Shown here: one piece after another, positions 28,055-37,633 of the stretch
Layout of the letters: each line of letters begins with the position of its first letter
Position numbering within the stretch: the stretch's first letter is position 1
NCBI GenBank assembly: GCA_001767925.1
Contig: MEMM01000162.1
Location: 1 to 50,277, forward strand
Reading direction: 5' to 3'
Origin: Alphaproteobacteria bacterium RIFCSPHIGHO2_12_FULL_63_12
GTDB lineage: Bacteria; Pseudomonadota; Alphaproteobacteria; Caulobacterales; Parvularculaceae
Length of the DNA stretch: 50,277 bases
Program-made: the position numbers and the translations under genes
The notes under the pieces: model-generated
Told to the model about the DNA's origin: nothing
Seen by the model: only the letters and a program-made list of their open reading frames with translations
The model's database searches: none

Positions 28055-30691
28055 ATGCAATTTGAAACCTACACGGACCGCGCCCGCGGTCTCATCCAGG
28101 CGGCGCAGGGCATCGCCCTTCGCGACGGCCACCAGCAGTTCACATCCGAACACCTCCTCAAGGGCCTGCTTGACGATCAGGAAGGCCTCGCCGCCAATCT
28201 GCTGCGCTCGGCCGGCGCCAAGCCCGAGGCCGCGCTCGCCGCAACGGAAGCCGCGCTCGCGAAACTGCCGAAAGTGCAGGGCGGCTCGGGTCAGGTTTAT
28301 CTGGCGCCGGCGCTGGCGCGCGTTTTTGCGTCTGCCGAAGAACAGTCGAAAAAGGCCGGCGACTCTTTTGTCAGCGCCGAGCGCCTGCTCGTCGCGCTGG
28401 CGCTGACGCCGGATGCTGAAGCCTCGAAAATCCTCAAAGCCGCCGGGGCGACCCCGCAATCGATCAATGAAGCGATCAATAATCTGCGCAAGGGACGCAC
28501 GGCGGATTCAGCGTCCGCCGAGCAGGGCTATGACGCGCTGAAAAAATATGCGCGCGATCTGACCGAAGCGGCGCGGTCGGGCAAGCTCGATCCCGTCATC
28601 GGGCGCGACGAAGAAATCCGCCGCGCGATGCAGGTCCTGTCGCGCCGGACGAAGAACAACCCGGTCCTTATCGGCGAGCCGGGTGTCGGCAAAACCGCGA
28701 TCGCCGAAGGCCTCGCGCTGAGGATCGTCAATGGCGACGTGCCGGAAAGCCTCAAGAACAAGAAACTCCTTTCGCTGGACATGGGCGCCCTCATCGCCGG
28801 CGCCAAATATCGCGGCGAGTTCGAAGAGCGCCTGAAAGCCGTGCTGTCCGAGGTGACGGCCGCGGAAGGCGAAATCATTTTGTTCATCGATGAGATGCAC
28901 ACGCTCGTCGGCGCCGGAAAATCCGAAGGCGCGATGGATGCGTCCAACCTCCTGAAGCCCGCGCTGGCGCGCGGGGAGCTGCATTGCATCGGCGCGACGA
29001 CGCTTGATGAATATCGCAAGCACGTTGAAAAGGACGCCGCGCTCGCGCGCCGTTTCCAGGCGGTCTTCATTGAAGAGCCGACGGTCGAGGACACGATTTC
29101 CATATTGCGCGGCCTGAAGGAAAAATACGAACTGCATCATGGCGTCAGGATTTCCGACAGCGCGATCGTGGCCGCGGCGACGCTGTCAAATCGCTACATC
29201 ACCGACCGCTTTCTCCCCGATAAGGCGATCGACCTGGTCGACGAGGCCGCCTCGCGCCTAAGGATGGAAGTCGATTCAAAACCCGAAGAACTTGACGAAC
29301 TCGATCGCCGGATCATCCAGCTGAAAATCGAGCGCGAAGCGCTGAAAAAGGAAGATGACGACGCCTCGCGCGACCGGCTCGAAAGGCTGGAAGACGAGCT
29401 TGCCGGCCTTGAAGAGGATTCCGCGTCGCTGACGGCGCAGTGGCGCGCCGAAAAGGAAACGCTCGCCAAGGCGACAAAGATCAAGGAAGAACTCGATCAG
29501 GCGCGTCAGGCGCTCGCCGACACCGAACGCCGCGGCGATCTTGCGCGGGCCTCGGAGCTGAAATACGGCGTCATTCCCGAATTTGAAAAAAAACTGCGCG
29601 CGGCGGAAGAGCGCGAAGACAGAGCGGTTCTGGTCGATGAAGTGGTCGACGCGGAAAACATCGCCGGCGTCGTCTCGCGCTGGACCGGCGTTCCTGTCGA
29701 CAAAATGCTCGAGGGCGAGCGCGACAAGCTGTTGCGCATGGAAGAGGCGATCGGCCGGCGCGTTATTGGCCAATTCGAAGCGGTCGAAGCGGTGTCCTCC
29801 GCGGTTCGCCGCGCGCGCGCCGGTCTAAAAGATCCCAATCGTCCGATCGGCTCATTCCTGTTTCTGGGACCGACCGGCGTCGGCAAGACCGAATTGACGA
29901 AAGCGCTGGCGGAATTCCTGTTCGACGACGATACCGCGATCGCGCGGATCGACATGTCCGAATTCATGGAAAAGCACTCGGTCGCGCGCCTTATCGGCGC
30001 GCCGCCGGGATATGTCGGCTATGAAGAGGGCGGGGCGTTGACGGAAACCGTCCGTCGCCGTCCCTATCAGGTGGTGCTGTTCGATGAAGTCGAGAAGGCG
30101 CATCCGGATGTCTTCAACGTGCTGTTGCAGGTGCTCGACGACGGACGCCTGACCGACGGTCAGGGGCGCACGGTCGATTTCAAGAACACGCTGATCATCC
30201 TGACCTCCAATCTCGGCGCGGAGTTTCTGGCGAACCAGCCCGAAGGCCAGGACAGCGACGCGGTGCGGCCGCAAGTCATGGAAGCGGTCCGCGGCCGCTT
30301 CAGGCCGGAATTTCTCAACCGTCTCGACGAAATCATCCTGTTCCACCGCCTGACGCGCGCCAACATGGACAAGATCGTCGATATCCAGATCTCCCGTCTC
30401 GGCAAGCTTCTCGAAGACCGCAAAGTCGCCATCGATCTCGACGACAAGGCGCGGCGCTGGCTCGCCGACGCCGGCTATGATCCGGTCTACGGCGCGCGAC
30501 CCTTGAAGCGCGTCATCCAGAAGGAATTGCAAGATCCGCTCGCGGATCTCATCCTCGCCGGGAAAGTGAAAGACGGCGAAACGCTCGCTGTTTCCGCGGG
30601 CCCGTCCGGCCTGACGGTCAATGGCGAGACGGCGAACGGGAAGGCGAAACGCTTCGGCGCGTCGCCGCCCGTCGGCGCCCTTCTCAATTAG
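28055..30691 (+). CDS. clpB: Chaperone ClpB
   Basis: Two AAA+ modules ([16 protein letters not shown]), coiled-coil M domain, GAPPGYVGY. Confidence 0.98.
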   Translation: MQFETYTDRARGLIQAAQGIALRDGHQQFTSEHLLKGLLDDQEGLAANLLRSAGAKPEAALAATEAALAKLPKVQGGSGQVYLAPALARVFASAEEQSKKAGDSFVSAERLLVALALTPDAEASKILKAAGATPQSINEAINNLRKGRTADSASAEQGYDALKKYARDLTEAARSGKLDPVIGRDEEIRRAMQVLSRRTKNNPVLIGEPGVGKTAIAEGLALRIVNGDVPESLKNKKLLSLDMGALIAGAKYRGEFEERLKAVLSEVTAAEGEIILFIDEMHTLVGAGKSEGAMDASNLLKPALARGELHCIGATTLDEYRKHVEKDAALARRFQAVFIEEPTVEDTISILRGLKEKYELHHGVRISDSAIVAAATLSNRYITDRFLPDKAIDLVDEAASRLRMEVDSKPEELDELDRRIIQLKIEREALKKEDDDASRDRLERLEDELAGLEEDSASLTAQWRAEKETLAKATKIKEELDQARQALADTERRGDLARASELKYGVIPEFEKKLRAAEEREDRAVLVDEVVDAENIAGVVSRWTGVPVDKMLEGERDKLLRMEEAIGRRVIGQFEAVEAVSSAVRRARAGLKDPNRPIGSFLFLGPTGVGKTELTKALAEFLFDDDTAIARIDMSEFMEKHSVARLIGAPPGYVGYEEGGALTETVRRRPYQVVLFDEVEKAHPDVFNVLLQVLDDGRLTDGQGRTVDFKNTLIILTSNLGAEFLANQPEGQDSDAVRPQVMEAVRGRFRPEFLNRLDEIILFHRLTRANMDKIVDIQISRLGKLLEDRKVAIDLDDKARRWLADAGYDPVYGARPLKRVIQKELQDPLADLILAGKVKDGETLAVSAGPSGLTVNGETANGKAKRFGASPPVGALLN

Positions 30692-30702
30692 GAGCAACCG
30701 CG

Positions 30703-30906
30703 ATGGCGAAGAAACCGGCGATCGGCGATACGCTCAAGGACGAGGCGTTGAAAAAACTCATCCGCGAAACGGTCGCCAGCGCGGGGGCCCTTTCGCCCGA
30801 CGATATTCCGCATACGGTCAAGCAGCGCATCCGGGAACAGGCCGCCGGCGATCTGGATGTCGACGCCTATATCAGGGAGGCGATAAAAAGCCGGAACAAG
30901 CGCTAA
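30703..30906 (+). CDS. Small hypothetical protein (67 aa)
   Basis: SD AGGAG overlapping the clpB stop; fills the gap to the next gene. Confidence 0.65.
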   Translation: MAKKPAIGDTLKDEALKKLIRETVASAGALSPDDIPHTVKQRIREQAAGDLDVDAYIREAIKSRNKR

Positions 30907-32537
30907 AGCGCGTTCTTCTTCGCTTTTGCATCCGCGACAAGGCTTGGCTCTTCCGCCGCGACCGCCGTCCGCATGGCGTCGATCTCATCGCGGATTTCCC
31001 GGAAGCGGGCGAGCTCCTTGCCGCCAAGATTGATTCCTGTCGCGATCTTTAAGCTCTGCGGGTTGACGGCGACGTCCTTGAGATGAACCTCATAATGAAG
31101 GTGCGGGCCGGTCGAGCGGCCTGTCGTGCCGACATAGCCGATCACCTCGCCCTGACGGACGCGCACGCCCGTTCTCACGCCCTTCTTGATGGAATTCATA
31201 TGCGCGTAGGCGGTTTTATACCCTTGCGCGTGCCGAATGCGGACATAATTTCCAAATGAGCCGTAAGGCCCGGCGCGCTCGATAACGCCGTCGCCCGCCG
31301 CCATGATCGGCGTGCCGCGCGCCGCCGCGAAATCGACGCCTTTGTGAGCCTTTTGATAGCCGAGGATCGGATGACGCCGTGTGCCGAATCCGGATGAGAG
31401 TCGCGCGCCGTCGATCGGCGTTTTCATCAACAGGCGCCGCGCGCTTTCGCCCGAGGCGTCGAAATAGTCCGCTTTGCCGCCGCCATCGGCGGTTTCAAAT
31501 CGGTAGTAGCCTTTCTCCTTCTGGCGTCCCCGCCATTTCAGCCGGCCGTAGAGGATGTCGCCGCCGCCGACCATGTTTCCGGCGTCGTCGAAACGAACTT
31601 CGAAAATCGCTTCGAACTCGTCGCCGCCGAAAATCTCGCGCTGAAAGTCGACATCATAGGCGAACATCTGCGCGAGGCCGGCGATCACTTCATCGGGCGC
31701 GCCTTGCCGTTTGGCGGAGACATAAAGGCTGCCGTCAATGCGGCCTTCAATCGCCGCAAAGCGGGTCGTCAACGGCGTTGCGATTTCATTCGCCGTGAAG
31801 CCGCCACCCGGCGCTTTCGCCAGCAGGATGCGCCTTTCCGGATCGACGCGAAATTCAAGCGACAAGAGAAACGCCGGCGGCGGCTCCTTTTCCGCGATCG
31901 CCTGAAAAAGGGTGCGGTTGGGCTCGGCGATCGTCAGCGAGAAATCCTGACCGGGGCGGAGCCTGCGCATATTATAGAGCTTGCCAAACGCATAGGCGGC
32001 TTCATTCCGGTCTTGCGTTCGAACGCCGGCCCGGCGCAGAGCGTCGACAAATGTTTCGCCCTTGGCGAGAACGATGCGCGCCTCATGCGGCGCCGATGCG
32101 ATATCGCCATTTTCGAGGCCGTGTCGCGCGATCGCCGCCTGATCCGGCGCAAGATCGCTCTGGAAAAAAAACGGCGGTGGCCGGTCGGACTCTTCGGCGA
32201 GCCATGCCGACGAAAAAGTGAGTATGGCGCCGGCGTTCGACGCCGCCGGCGCGATCGGCGTCGCAACCTGAACGGCGGTCGGCTTCAGGCGGGGAATAAA
32301 TGGCGCATCGCCCGCACCATCGCTCGCCGCATCGTCCGCCGCCATCGCCGCCGGCGCGGTTTCCGGTTCGATCGGCGTCGCCGCGATCGGTGCGGCGGCG
32401 GTCGTGACGATCTCTTGAGGCGCGGTCGGCGCGACGGCGTCTGGCGTCGTCGGCCGGCTTATCGCAAAGGCGAGGAACGCCGCGCCGCCGGCGAGGACGC
32501 CAAGGGCGGCCGCGGCGGCGAGCGGGGCGCGCCGCAT
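30903..32537 (-). CDS. M23 family peptidoglycan endopeptidase (MepM-like)
   Basis: HKGVDFAA, YAHM, GRSTGPHLHYEV; N-terminal TM helix; start uncertain. Confidence 0.9.
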   Translation of the reverse strand: MRRAPLAAAAALGVLAGGAAFLAFAISRPTTPDAVAPTAPQEIVTTAAAPIAATPIEPETAPAAMAADDAASDGAGDAPFIPRLKPTAVQVATPIAPAASNAGAILTFSSAWLAEESDRPPPFFFQSDLAPDQAAIARHGLENGDIASAPHEARIVLAKGETFVDALRRAGVRTQDRNEAAYAFGKLYNMRRLRPGQDFSLTIAEPNRTLFQAIAEKEPPPAFLLSLEFRVDPERRILLAKAPGGGFTANEIATPLTTRFAAIEGRIDGSLYVSAKRQGAPDEVIAGLAQMFAYDVDFQREIFGGDEFEAIFEVRFDDAGNMVGGGDILYGRLKWRGRQKEKGYYRFETADGGGKADYFDASGESARRLLMKTPIDGARLSSGFGTRRHPILGYQKAHKGVDFAAARGTPIMAAGDGVIERAGPYGSFGNYVRIRHAQGYKTAYAHMNSIKKGVRTGVRVRQGEVIGYVGTTGRSTGPHLHYEVHLKDVAVNPQSLKIATGINLGGKELARFREIRDEIDAMRTAVAAEEPSLVADAKAKKNAL

Positions 32538-32629
32538 GGTTGCGTCTGTCCCTGGTTCTCCCGGGTAAGCTATTCTTTCGTCCCGCAAATTCGCCTCTTT
32601 CGCGGCGTATCTCTCGTTTGTGCTGGCGT

Positions 32630-32645
32630 TTAAGTCAATGTTGAC
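32630..32645. promoter_or_regulatory. CtrA-box-like site in the M23/ydbH divergent region
   Basis: TTAA-N7-TTGAC (1 mismatch). Confidence 0.4.
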
Positions 32646-32807
32646 CGCGCGTGTCGATTATCGCCGCCGCCGCCTTAAATCCCGGCCTCGCTTTTCAGCG
32701 CAATTTTCGTCATGCTGGCAGGGCTTTTCTAAGGCGTTGGCGACGAACCCGCAGGTTAAGCGGGACCGGCGCCCGAGGGGAATCGATTAGCGCGTAGGAG
32801 TTGGCGG

Positions 32808-35660
32808 ATGCGGCTGGTCGCCCGCTTGATTGTAGGCATATTTGTCGTCCTCGCCCTGACGGGGGCCGCGCTATATCTCCTCAGGAAACCGATCGCGGCT
32901 TCGACGGTTGAACGCATCATGGCCGGCGCGCGCCTCGAAAATCCGTCCGTGAGCGTCAGGGATGTTAATTTTTCGCAGTTGACGCTTTCAGGGCTGACGG
33001 CCGGCGTCGATGCCTCGGCGCCGGACCTGGCGCTCGGTCCTGTCAGCTTCACCTATGACTGGCGACGGCTGATCTTCGCTGGAAAGCTGAACAGCGTTTC
33101 CATCAGCGGCGGCGAGATGAACGCCTCATTGAACGAGCAAGGGGTGATCTCCATTTCGGGCTGGTCGCCTGATCCGGCCGCAAAACCCGCGCCGCCGCCG
33201 TTTCACTCGATTGAGATCAGGGGACTATACTTTGTCCTGCAGGCGCCGAACGGTCCGGCGCGGGTGAAAATCGACGGCGCGTTCGATGTGCGTGAGGGCG
33301 GCCGGTTTGAAACCGCCGCGCTTGCGGAAAAAACCGGTTTCGCCGCCGCGACTTTCCTCGGCGTCGCCGGCGCCGGCGTCATCGATCTCGCCGCGGACGG
33401 CGCGATGTCGATCAAGGGCTCGCTGAAGGGCGATCTTTCAACGCCGGCGGGCACTGCGCGCAGCGTCGACGCAGCGATGACCGCGTCGCTTTCCTCATGG
33501 CGCGCGTTCATCGGGGAAGCGCCGCGCGGCTTGCGCGGCGGCGCCGAAATTTCGATCAATTCTTCGACGATCGACGCGCAAAGCGCTGAAAGCTTTGCGC
33601 CATTCGCGGCGGCTGGCGGCGCGCCGATCAAAAAGCTTGCGCTTTCCGGCGCGCTGAAAGTGACCTTCGACGGCGATAACCTTTCCGTCTCCCTGACCGA
33701 AAATCCGTTGACGATCGTCGCCGATCGCGGGGACCGGCTCGTCATTTCCGCGGGCGAGGGGCCCGCCTATGAAAAATCCGCCGGCAAGGAAAGCATCGCG
33801 CTTCGCGCGGCGCTCGATGGTCCCGTCGCCAATGGCGCCGCCATCCTCAGGGCCGCCTCGGAAAATAAAGGCGCCTGGTCCATCGACGTGCGCGCGCAAT
33901 TCGGCGAGCAGTCAATCGGCGGCGTCGCGCTTTCCGCTTTCGACGGGGTATTCCGCGGCGCCTATTTCGATGATCGCGCGACTGGCGAGGCCGACATCGC
34001 CGCCCATCTCGTCAAGGCGACGGTCGGACGCCTCGCCGTCTCCGACATGCCTTTAAACGCGCGCCTCGACGTTGACGCGGACCTTGCGGAAAAACGTCTG
34101 TCGTTAAGCCCGGAAAGCGGCCAATGCCTGAAGACCGATCGCGCCGATCTTCGCTTTGCCGATCAGGATATGGATGCGCGCATTGCAATGGCCGCGCTGT
34201 GTCCCGCGGCGGCGCCGCTTATATCGATAGGGTGGGGCGATGCGGGCGAAACTCATGTCGAAGGATCGCTCACCGCCCGAACCGCGTATTACCGCCTCGG
34301 AGAAACCGTCTTCGACGGCGCGCCGCCCAGGATCGACTTCACGCTCGACTACAACCCCGTCCAGCAAGCCAGTCGCATTGTGGGCGCGATGGAAGGCGGC
34401 AAGATCGTCCTCAATGACTCCCTCATCCTGACGGATGCGAAGGGCAGATTCGACACCGATCTCGTTCGCGACACGGTCGCCGCCAATGTCGCGCTCGGCC
34501 ATATGCGGATTGCGCAAAAGACAGACCTCGAAAAAGTCGCGCCGGTGATGATCTCGGGCGATCTGAAACTCGCGAGTGACATCGCAACGTTCGATTTCGA
34601 CGTGAAGACTCCAAAGGGCGTTGCGCTTGGCCGCGGCGAGGGCGCGCACGAGGTCCTTACCGGAAAAGGCGAGGCGGTGTTCGATTCCGGCGCTCTGGCG
34701 CTGTCCTATTATTTGCAGGCGGAAAAAGTCATCCCGGCCCTAAAAGGCATTATTTCCGGTGCGACCGGGACGACCGAGGGACGCGCGCGTTTCGTCTGGG
34801 ATCAGGCGCGAATGCAATCGTCGGCGACAGTCAATTTCGACGACGTGTCATTTCGCGGGCCTGGCATTGCGGTATCGCGCACCGATGGCGTTACCGGCAA
34901 AATGGTATTTTCCAGCCTCGCGCCGGTATCGACGAGCGGCGAACAGTCGATCGCCATCCGCAAAATCGACATGGACGCCCTGAAACTGGAAAATGGCGAA
35001 GTGCGTTTCGTTCTTCCTGGCGACGACACGCTGAAGATCGTCGAGGCGGAATTTCCGTGGTTCAACGGCACGATCGGCGCGTATAATTCCGTGATGTCGA
35101 TCGCTGGCGGCGAATCGAAGACGACGCTCCAGATCGACAATGTCGATCTCGCAGGTCTGCTCGCGTATCCGAATGTCGACGGCCTTTCCGGCGAAGGAAA
35201 AATCGAAGGCGTGCTTCCGATTTCGTTCGAGGGCGGCCGCGCGCGGATTGTCAACGGCGTCCTCTCGGCGAAGGGCGGTGGAGTCATCCGCTATCAGAAC
35301 AAGAACGCCGAACCCGCTTTCCAGTCGAGCCAGCAGGCAAAGCTCGCCTATGACATGCTTCGCGAAGTGCGGTTCGACAATCTTTCCGTTGTCATCGACG
35401 GCCCCCTCGACGGCACGCTGAAGTTCAAGATCGTCTTCGACGGCAAGGGCGAGCTGCCGATCGCTGCCAGAGGCGGCTCCCAGACTGTGCTCAGTCCGGT
35501 CATTTTCCGCCTGACGATGGATGTTCCGTTGCTGCAATTGCTTGAAGGGGCCAAAGCGGTCGCCAACCCGCTTCAGTTTTTGAAATCCGCCCCGCGCAGC
35601 GCCGGGGAGCAGGAAAAGGCGGTCGATGACCTCATCGGATCGAATCCGGAAATTTTCTGA
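32808..35660 (+). CDS. ydbH: YdbH family (AsmA-like) intermembrane protein
   Basis: N-terminal TM, long beta-rich body, C-terminal GKIEGVLPI..GVIRY..DGPLDG; followed by ynbE-ydbL. Confidence 0.8.
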   Translation: MRLVARLIVGIFVVLALTGAALYLLRKPIAASTVERIMAGARLENPSVSVRDVNFSQLTLSGLTAGVDASAPDLALGPVSFTYDWRRLIFAGKLNSVSISGGEMNASLNEQGVISISGWSPDPAAKPAPPPFHSIEIRGLYFVLQAPNGPARVKIDGAFDVREGGRFETAALAEKTGFAAATFLGVAGAGVIDLAADGAMSIKGSLKGDLSTPAGTARSVDAAMTASLSSWRAFIGEAPRGLRGGAEISINSSTIDAQSAESFAPFAAAGGAPIKKLALSGALKVTFDGDNLSVSLTENPLTIVADRGDRLVISAGEGPAYEKSAGKESIALRAALDGPVANGAAILRAASENKGAWSIDVRAQFGEQSIGGVALSAFDGVFRGAYFDDRATGEADIAAHLVKATVGRLAVSDMPLNARLDVDADLAEKRLSLSPESGQCLKTDRADLRFADQDMDARIAMAALCPAAAPLISIGWGDAGETHVEGSLTARTAYYRLGETVFDGAPPRIDFTLDYNPVQQASRIVGAMEGGKIVLNDSLILTDAKGRFDTDLVRDTVAANVALGHMRIAQKTDLEKVAPVMISGDLKLASDIATFDFDVKTPKGVALGRGEGAHEVLTGKGEAVFDSGALALSYYLQAEKVIPALKGIISGATGTTEGRARFVWDQARMQSSATVNFDDVSFRGPGIAVSRTDGVTGKMVFSSLAPVSTSGEQSIAIRKIDMDALKLENGEVRFVLPGDDTLKIVEAEFPWFNGTIGAYNSVMSIAGGESKTTLQIDNVDLAGLLAYPNVDGLSGEGKIEGVLPISFEGGRARIVNGVLSAKGGGVIRYQNKNAEPAFQSSQQAKLAYDMLREVRFDNLSVVIDGPLDGTLKFKIVFDGKGELPIAARGGSQTVLSPVIFRLTMDVPLLQLLEGAKAVANPLQFLKSAPRSAGEQEKAVDDLIGSNPEIF

Positions 35661-35830
35661 GGCCTGACGTAAATTGCCGGTTTGCCGGGTTTGCGCGGCT
35701 TGTCCTGGCCGGTTGTCGCGGGCCGGTTGGAATTGTGGCGGAATTGGGCGGCGATCAGCCCCTATTTCGACATCACCGGCGCCTATGGTAATCTGACGGT
35801 AGAGCTGATTCTGAAAGGGCGAGGGTGGGC

Positions 35831-36043
35831 ATGACCATAGGGCGGACCAATGTTACCGGCGCAACCGCGCCCGCGCTGGCGATTTTGCTGCTGGGCGCGG
35901 TCAGCGCCTGCGCGACGGTGAAAGTTCAAGCGCCGGACAAGCCGATCGAGATCAACATGAATATCAACATCAAGCAGGAAGTCCTGATCAAGATCGATCA
36001 GGAAATTGCCGAACTCATCGCGAACAATCCGGACATCTTTTAG
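35831..36043 (+). CDS. ynbE: YnbE family lipoprotein
   Basis: Lipobox VSAC; APDKPIEINMNINIKQEV...NPDIF. Confidence 0.88.
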   Translation: MTIGRTNVTGATAPALAILLLGAVSACATVKVQAPDKPIEINMNINIKQEVLIKIDQEIAELIANNPDIF

Positions 36044-36066
36044 GGAATTGGGAAAGGACCAGGTCC

Positions 36067-36414
36067 ATGAAAAAAATTCTCGCCAAAATCGCCATGGTCG
36101 CGTTTGCCGCCGCTTCAATCGCCGCAGCCCACGCCGCGCCGCCGATCGTTGAGGAAGCAAAGTCGAAATGCGTCGTCGGCGAGCAGTCCGACGGGTATCT
36201 CGGCGTTGTCGACAGTGCGGCCGCGAGCGAGGCGCTCAAGCGCGAAGTGAGAAACATCAACCAGCAGCGCAAAGCCCATTTCGCCGAACTTGCGGCGAAA
36301 AACGGCATCACGATTGAAGACGCCGCTGCCCTGACCGGCAAACGCCTCGTCGAGGGCGCGTCCTCCGGCCAGTGCGTTCGCATGCCGGACGGGTCATGGG
36401 CCAAACAGCCGTAA
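36067..36414 (+). CDS. ydbL: YdbL (DUF1318) family protein
   Basis: Signal peptide; VGEQSDGYLG, INQQRK, C-terminal GSW. Confidence 0.88.
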   Translation: MKKILAKIAMVAFAAASIAAAHAAPPIVEEAKSKCVVGEQSDGYLGVVDSAAASEALKREVRNINQQRKAHFAELAAKNGITIEDAAALTGKRLVEGASSGQCVRMPDGSWAKQP

Positions 36415-36460
36415 TCGCCCCTCGGGTCCGGTAACCGACACGCCGGCGCGAATCATTCAT

Positions 36461-36493
36461 AACGGGACCTTCCGATTGAGAAGGTCCCGTTTT
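36461..36493 (+). terminator. Perfect 12-bp hairpin with T run, overlapping the chpT ribosome-binding site
   Basis: AACGGGACCTTC-CGATTGA-GAAGGTCCCGTT then TTC-ATG. Confidence 0.55.
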
Positions 36494-36494
36494 C

Positions 36495-37172
36495 ATGTCG
36501 CTCGCCAAAACCGAAGAAATCGACGCTGTAACCCTCTGCGCGCTGATGTCGTCGCGCCTCTGCCACGATCTCGTCAATCCGGTCGGCGCCCTGTCGTCCG
36601 GTCTTGAAGTGCTCGGCGACCCGTCGATGGACCAGTCGATGAAGGATGCAGCGCTAGACCTCATTAAGTCGAGCGCCGAAAAATCGGTCGCGCTGCTGAA
36701 ATATGCGCGCCTTGCCTATGGCGCCTCCGGCGGGCTCGGCGCCGAGCTTCCCTATGAAGAGGCGAGGAATGTTCTTCAGGCGCTGCTCGGCTGGACGAAG
36801 GCGAACCTCGACTGGCGGATTGCGCCGGGTTACGCGCCGAAGGACGAGGTGAAAGCGATCCTCGTGCTCGGCGCCGCCGCCGCCGATTGCGTGCCGCGCG
36901 GCGGCGCTGTCGTCATCGCAGGCGAGCGGGGCGCATATGACATCAAGGTTGCGGGTCAGCGAGTGATCGTCCAGGACGACATGAAGCGCGCCTTCGCCGG
37001 CGACATCGCCGACCTCAAGCCGAAATTTACGCCTCATTATCTTTCGGGTCTCGCCGCCCGGGCGGCCGGCGGCGGCATCGATCTCGTGCAGGAAGACGGG
37101 TCCGCCTCGTTCAAACTGCGGTTTTCGGCGGAATTATCGCAGTCCGCCCCATCGGCGTTAACGGCGGGCTAA
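36495..37172 (+). CDS. chpT: Histidine phosphotransferase ChpT
   Basis: SRLCHDLVNPVGA, GLEVL, ARLAYGASG, degenerate CA domain. Confidence 0.93.
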   Translation: MSLAKTEEIDAVTLCALMSSRLCHDLVNPVGALSSGLEVLGDPSMDQSMKDAALDLIKSSAEKSVALLKYARLAYGASGGLGAELPYEEARNVLQALLGWTKANLDWRIAPGYAPKDEVKAILVLGAAAADCVPRGGAVVIAGERGAYDIKVAGQRVIVQDDMKRAFAGDIADLKPKFTPHYLSGLAARAAGGGIDLVQEDGSASFKLRFSAELSQSAPSALTAG

Positions 37173-37173
37173 C
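37158..37173 (+). promoter_or_regulatory. CtrA-box-like site in the 3' end of chpT, upstream of the response regulator
   Basis: TTAA-N7-CTAAC. Confidence 0.55.
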
Positions 37174-37221
37174 CTGAATTGGCGACAGTCTGCGCCGTGA
37201 TCCACAGACCGGCGCTGACCC

Positions 37222-37629
37222 ATGAAAACCTGCCTCATCGTTGAAGATTCAGATCTCATTCGCGAAATCGCGATGCGCATCCTTACGGACCTTTCCGTCG
37301 AGGCGAAGGAAGCTGAGACCGCCGCTGCCGGACTGGAGCATTGCCGTCAGACGAAAACCGACGTCGTCATGCTCGACTGGGATCTCCCGTCGCTCGGCGC
37401 GCTCGATTTCCTCCGCGGCGTCGCGGAATTGCCGCAAGAGCAGCGTCCGGTCATCATCCTATGCGCGACGGAAAACGATCCGCAGCAATTCACGCTCGCA
37501 AAGGCGGCGGGGGCCTCGCACCATCTTTTGAAGCCCTTCGACCGGCAGTCGATCGAATCGAAACTCGCTGAAATCGGGATTGTCGAAGGCGCATCGATCG
37601 TCGACGCAAAATCCGCCAAGGCTTCCTGA
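37222..37629 (+). CDS. Single-domain CheY-like response regulator
   Basis: LIVEDS, MLDWDLP, CATEND, LLKPFD. Confidence 0.9.
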   Translation: MKTCLIVEDSDLIREIAMRILTDLSVEAKEAETAAAGLEHCRQTKTDVVMLDWDLPSLGALDFLRGVAELPQEQRPVIILCATENDPQQFTLAKAAGASHHLLKPFDRQSIESKLAEIGIVEGASIVDAKSAKAS

Positions 37630-37633
37630 GCGG

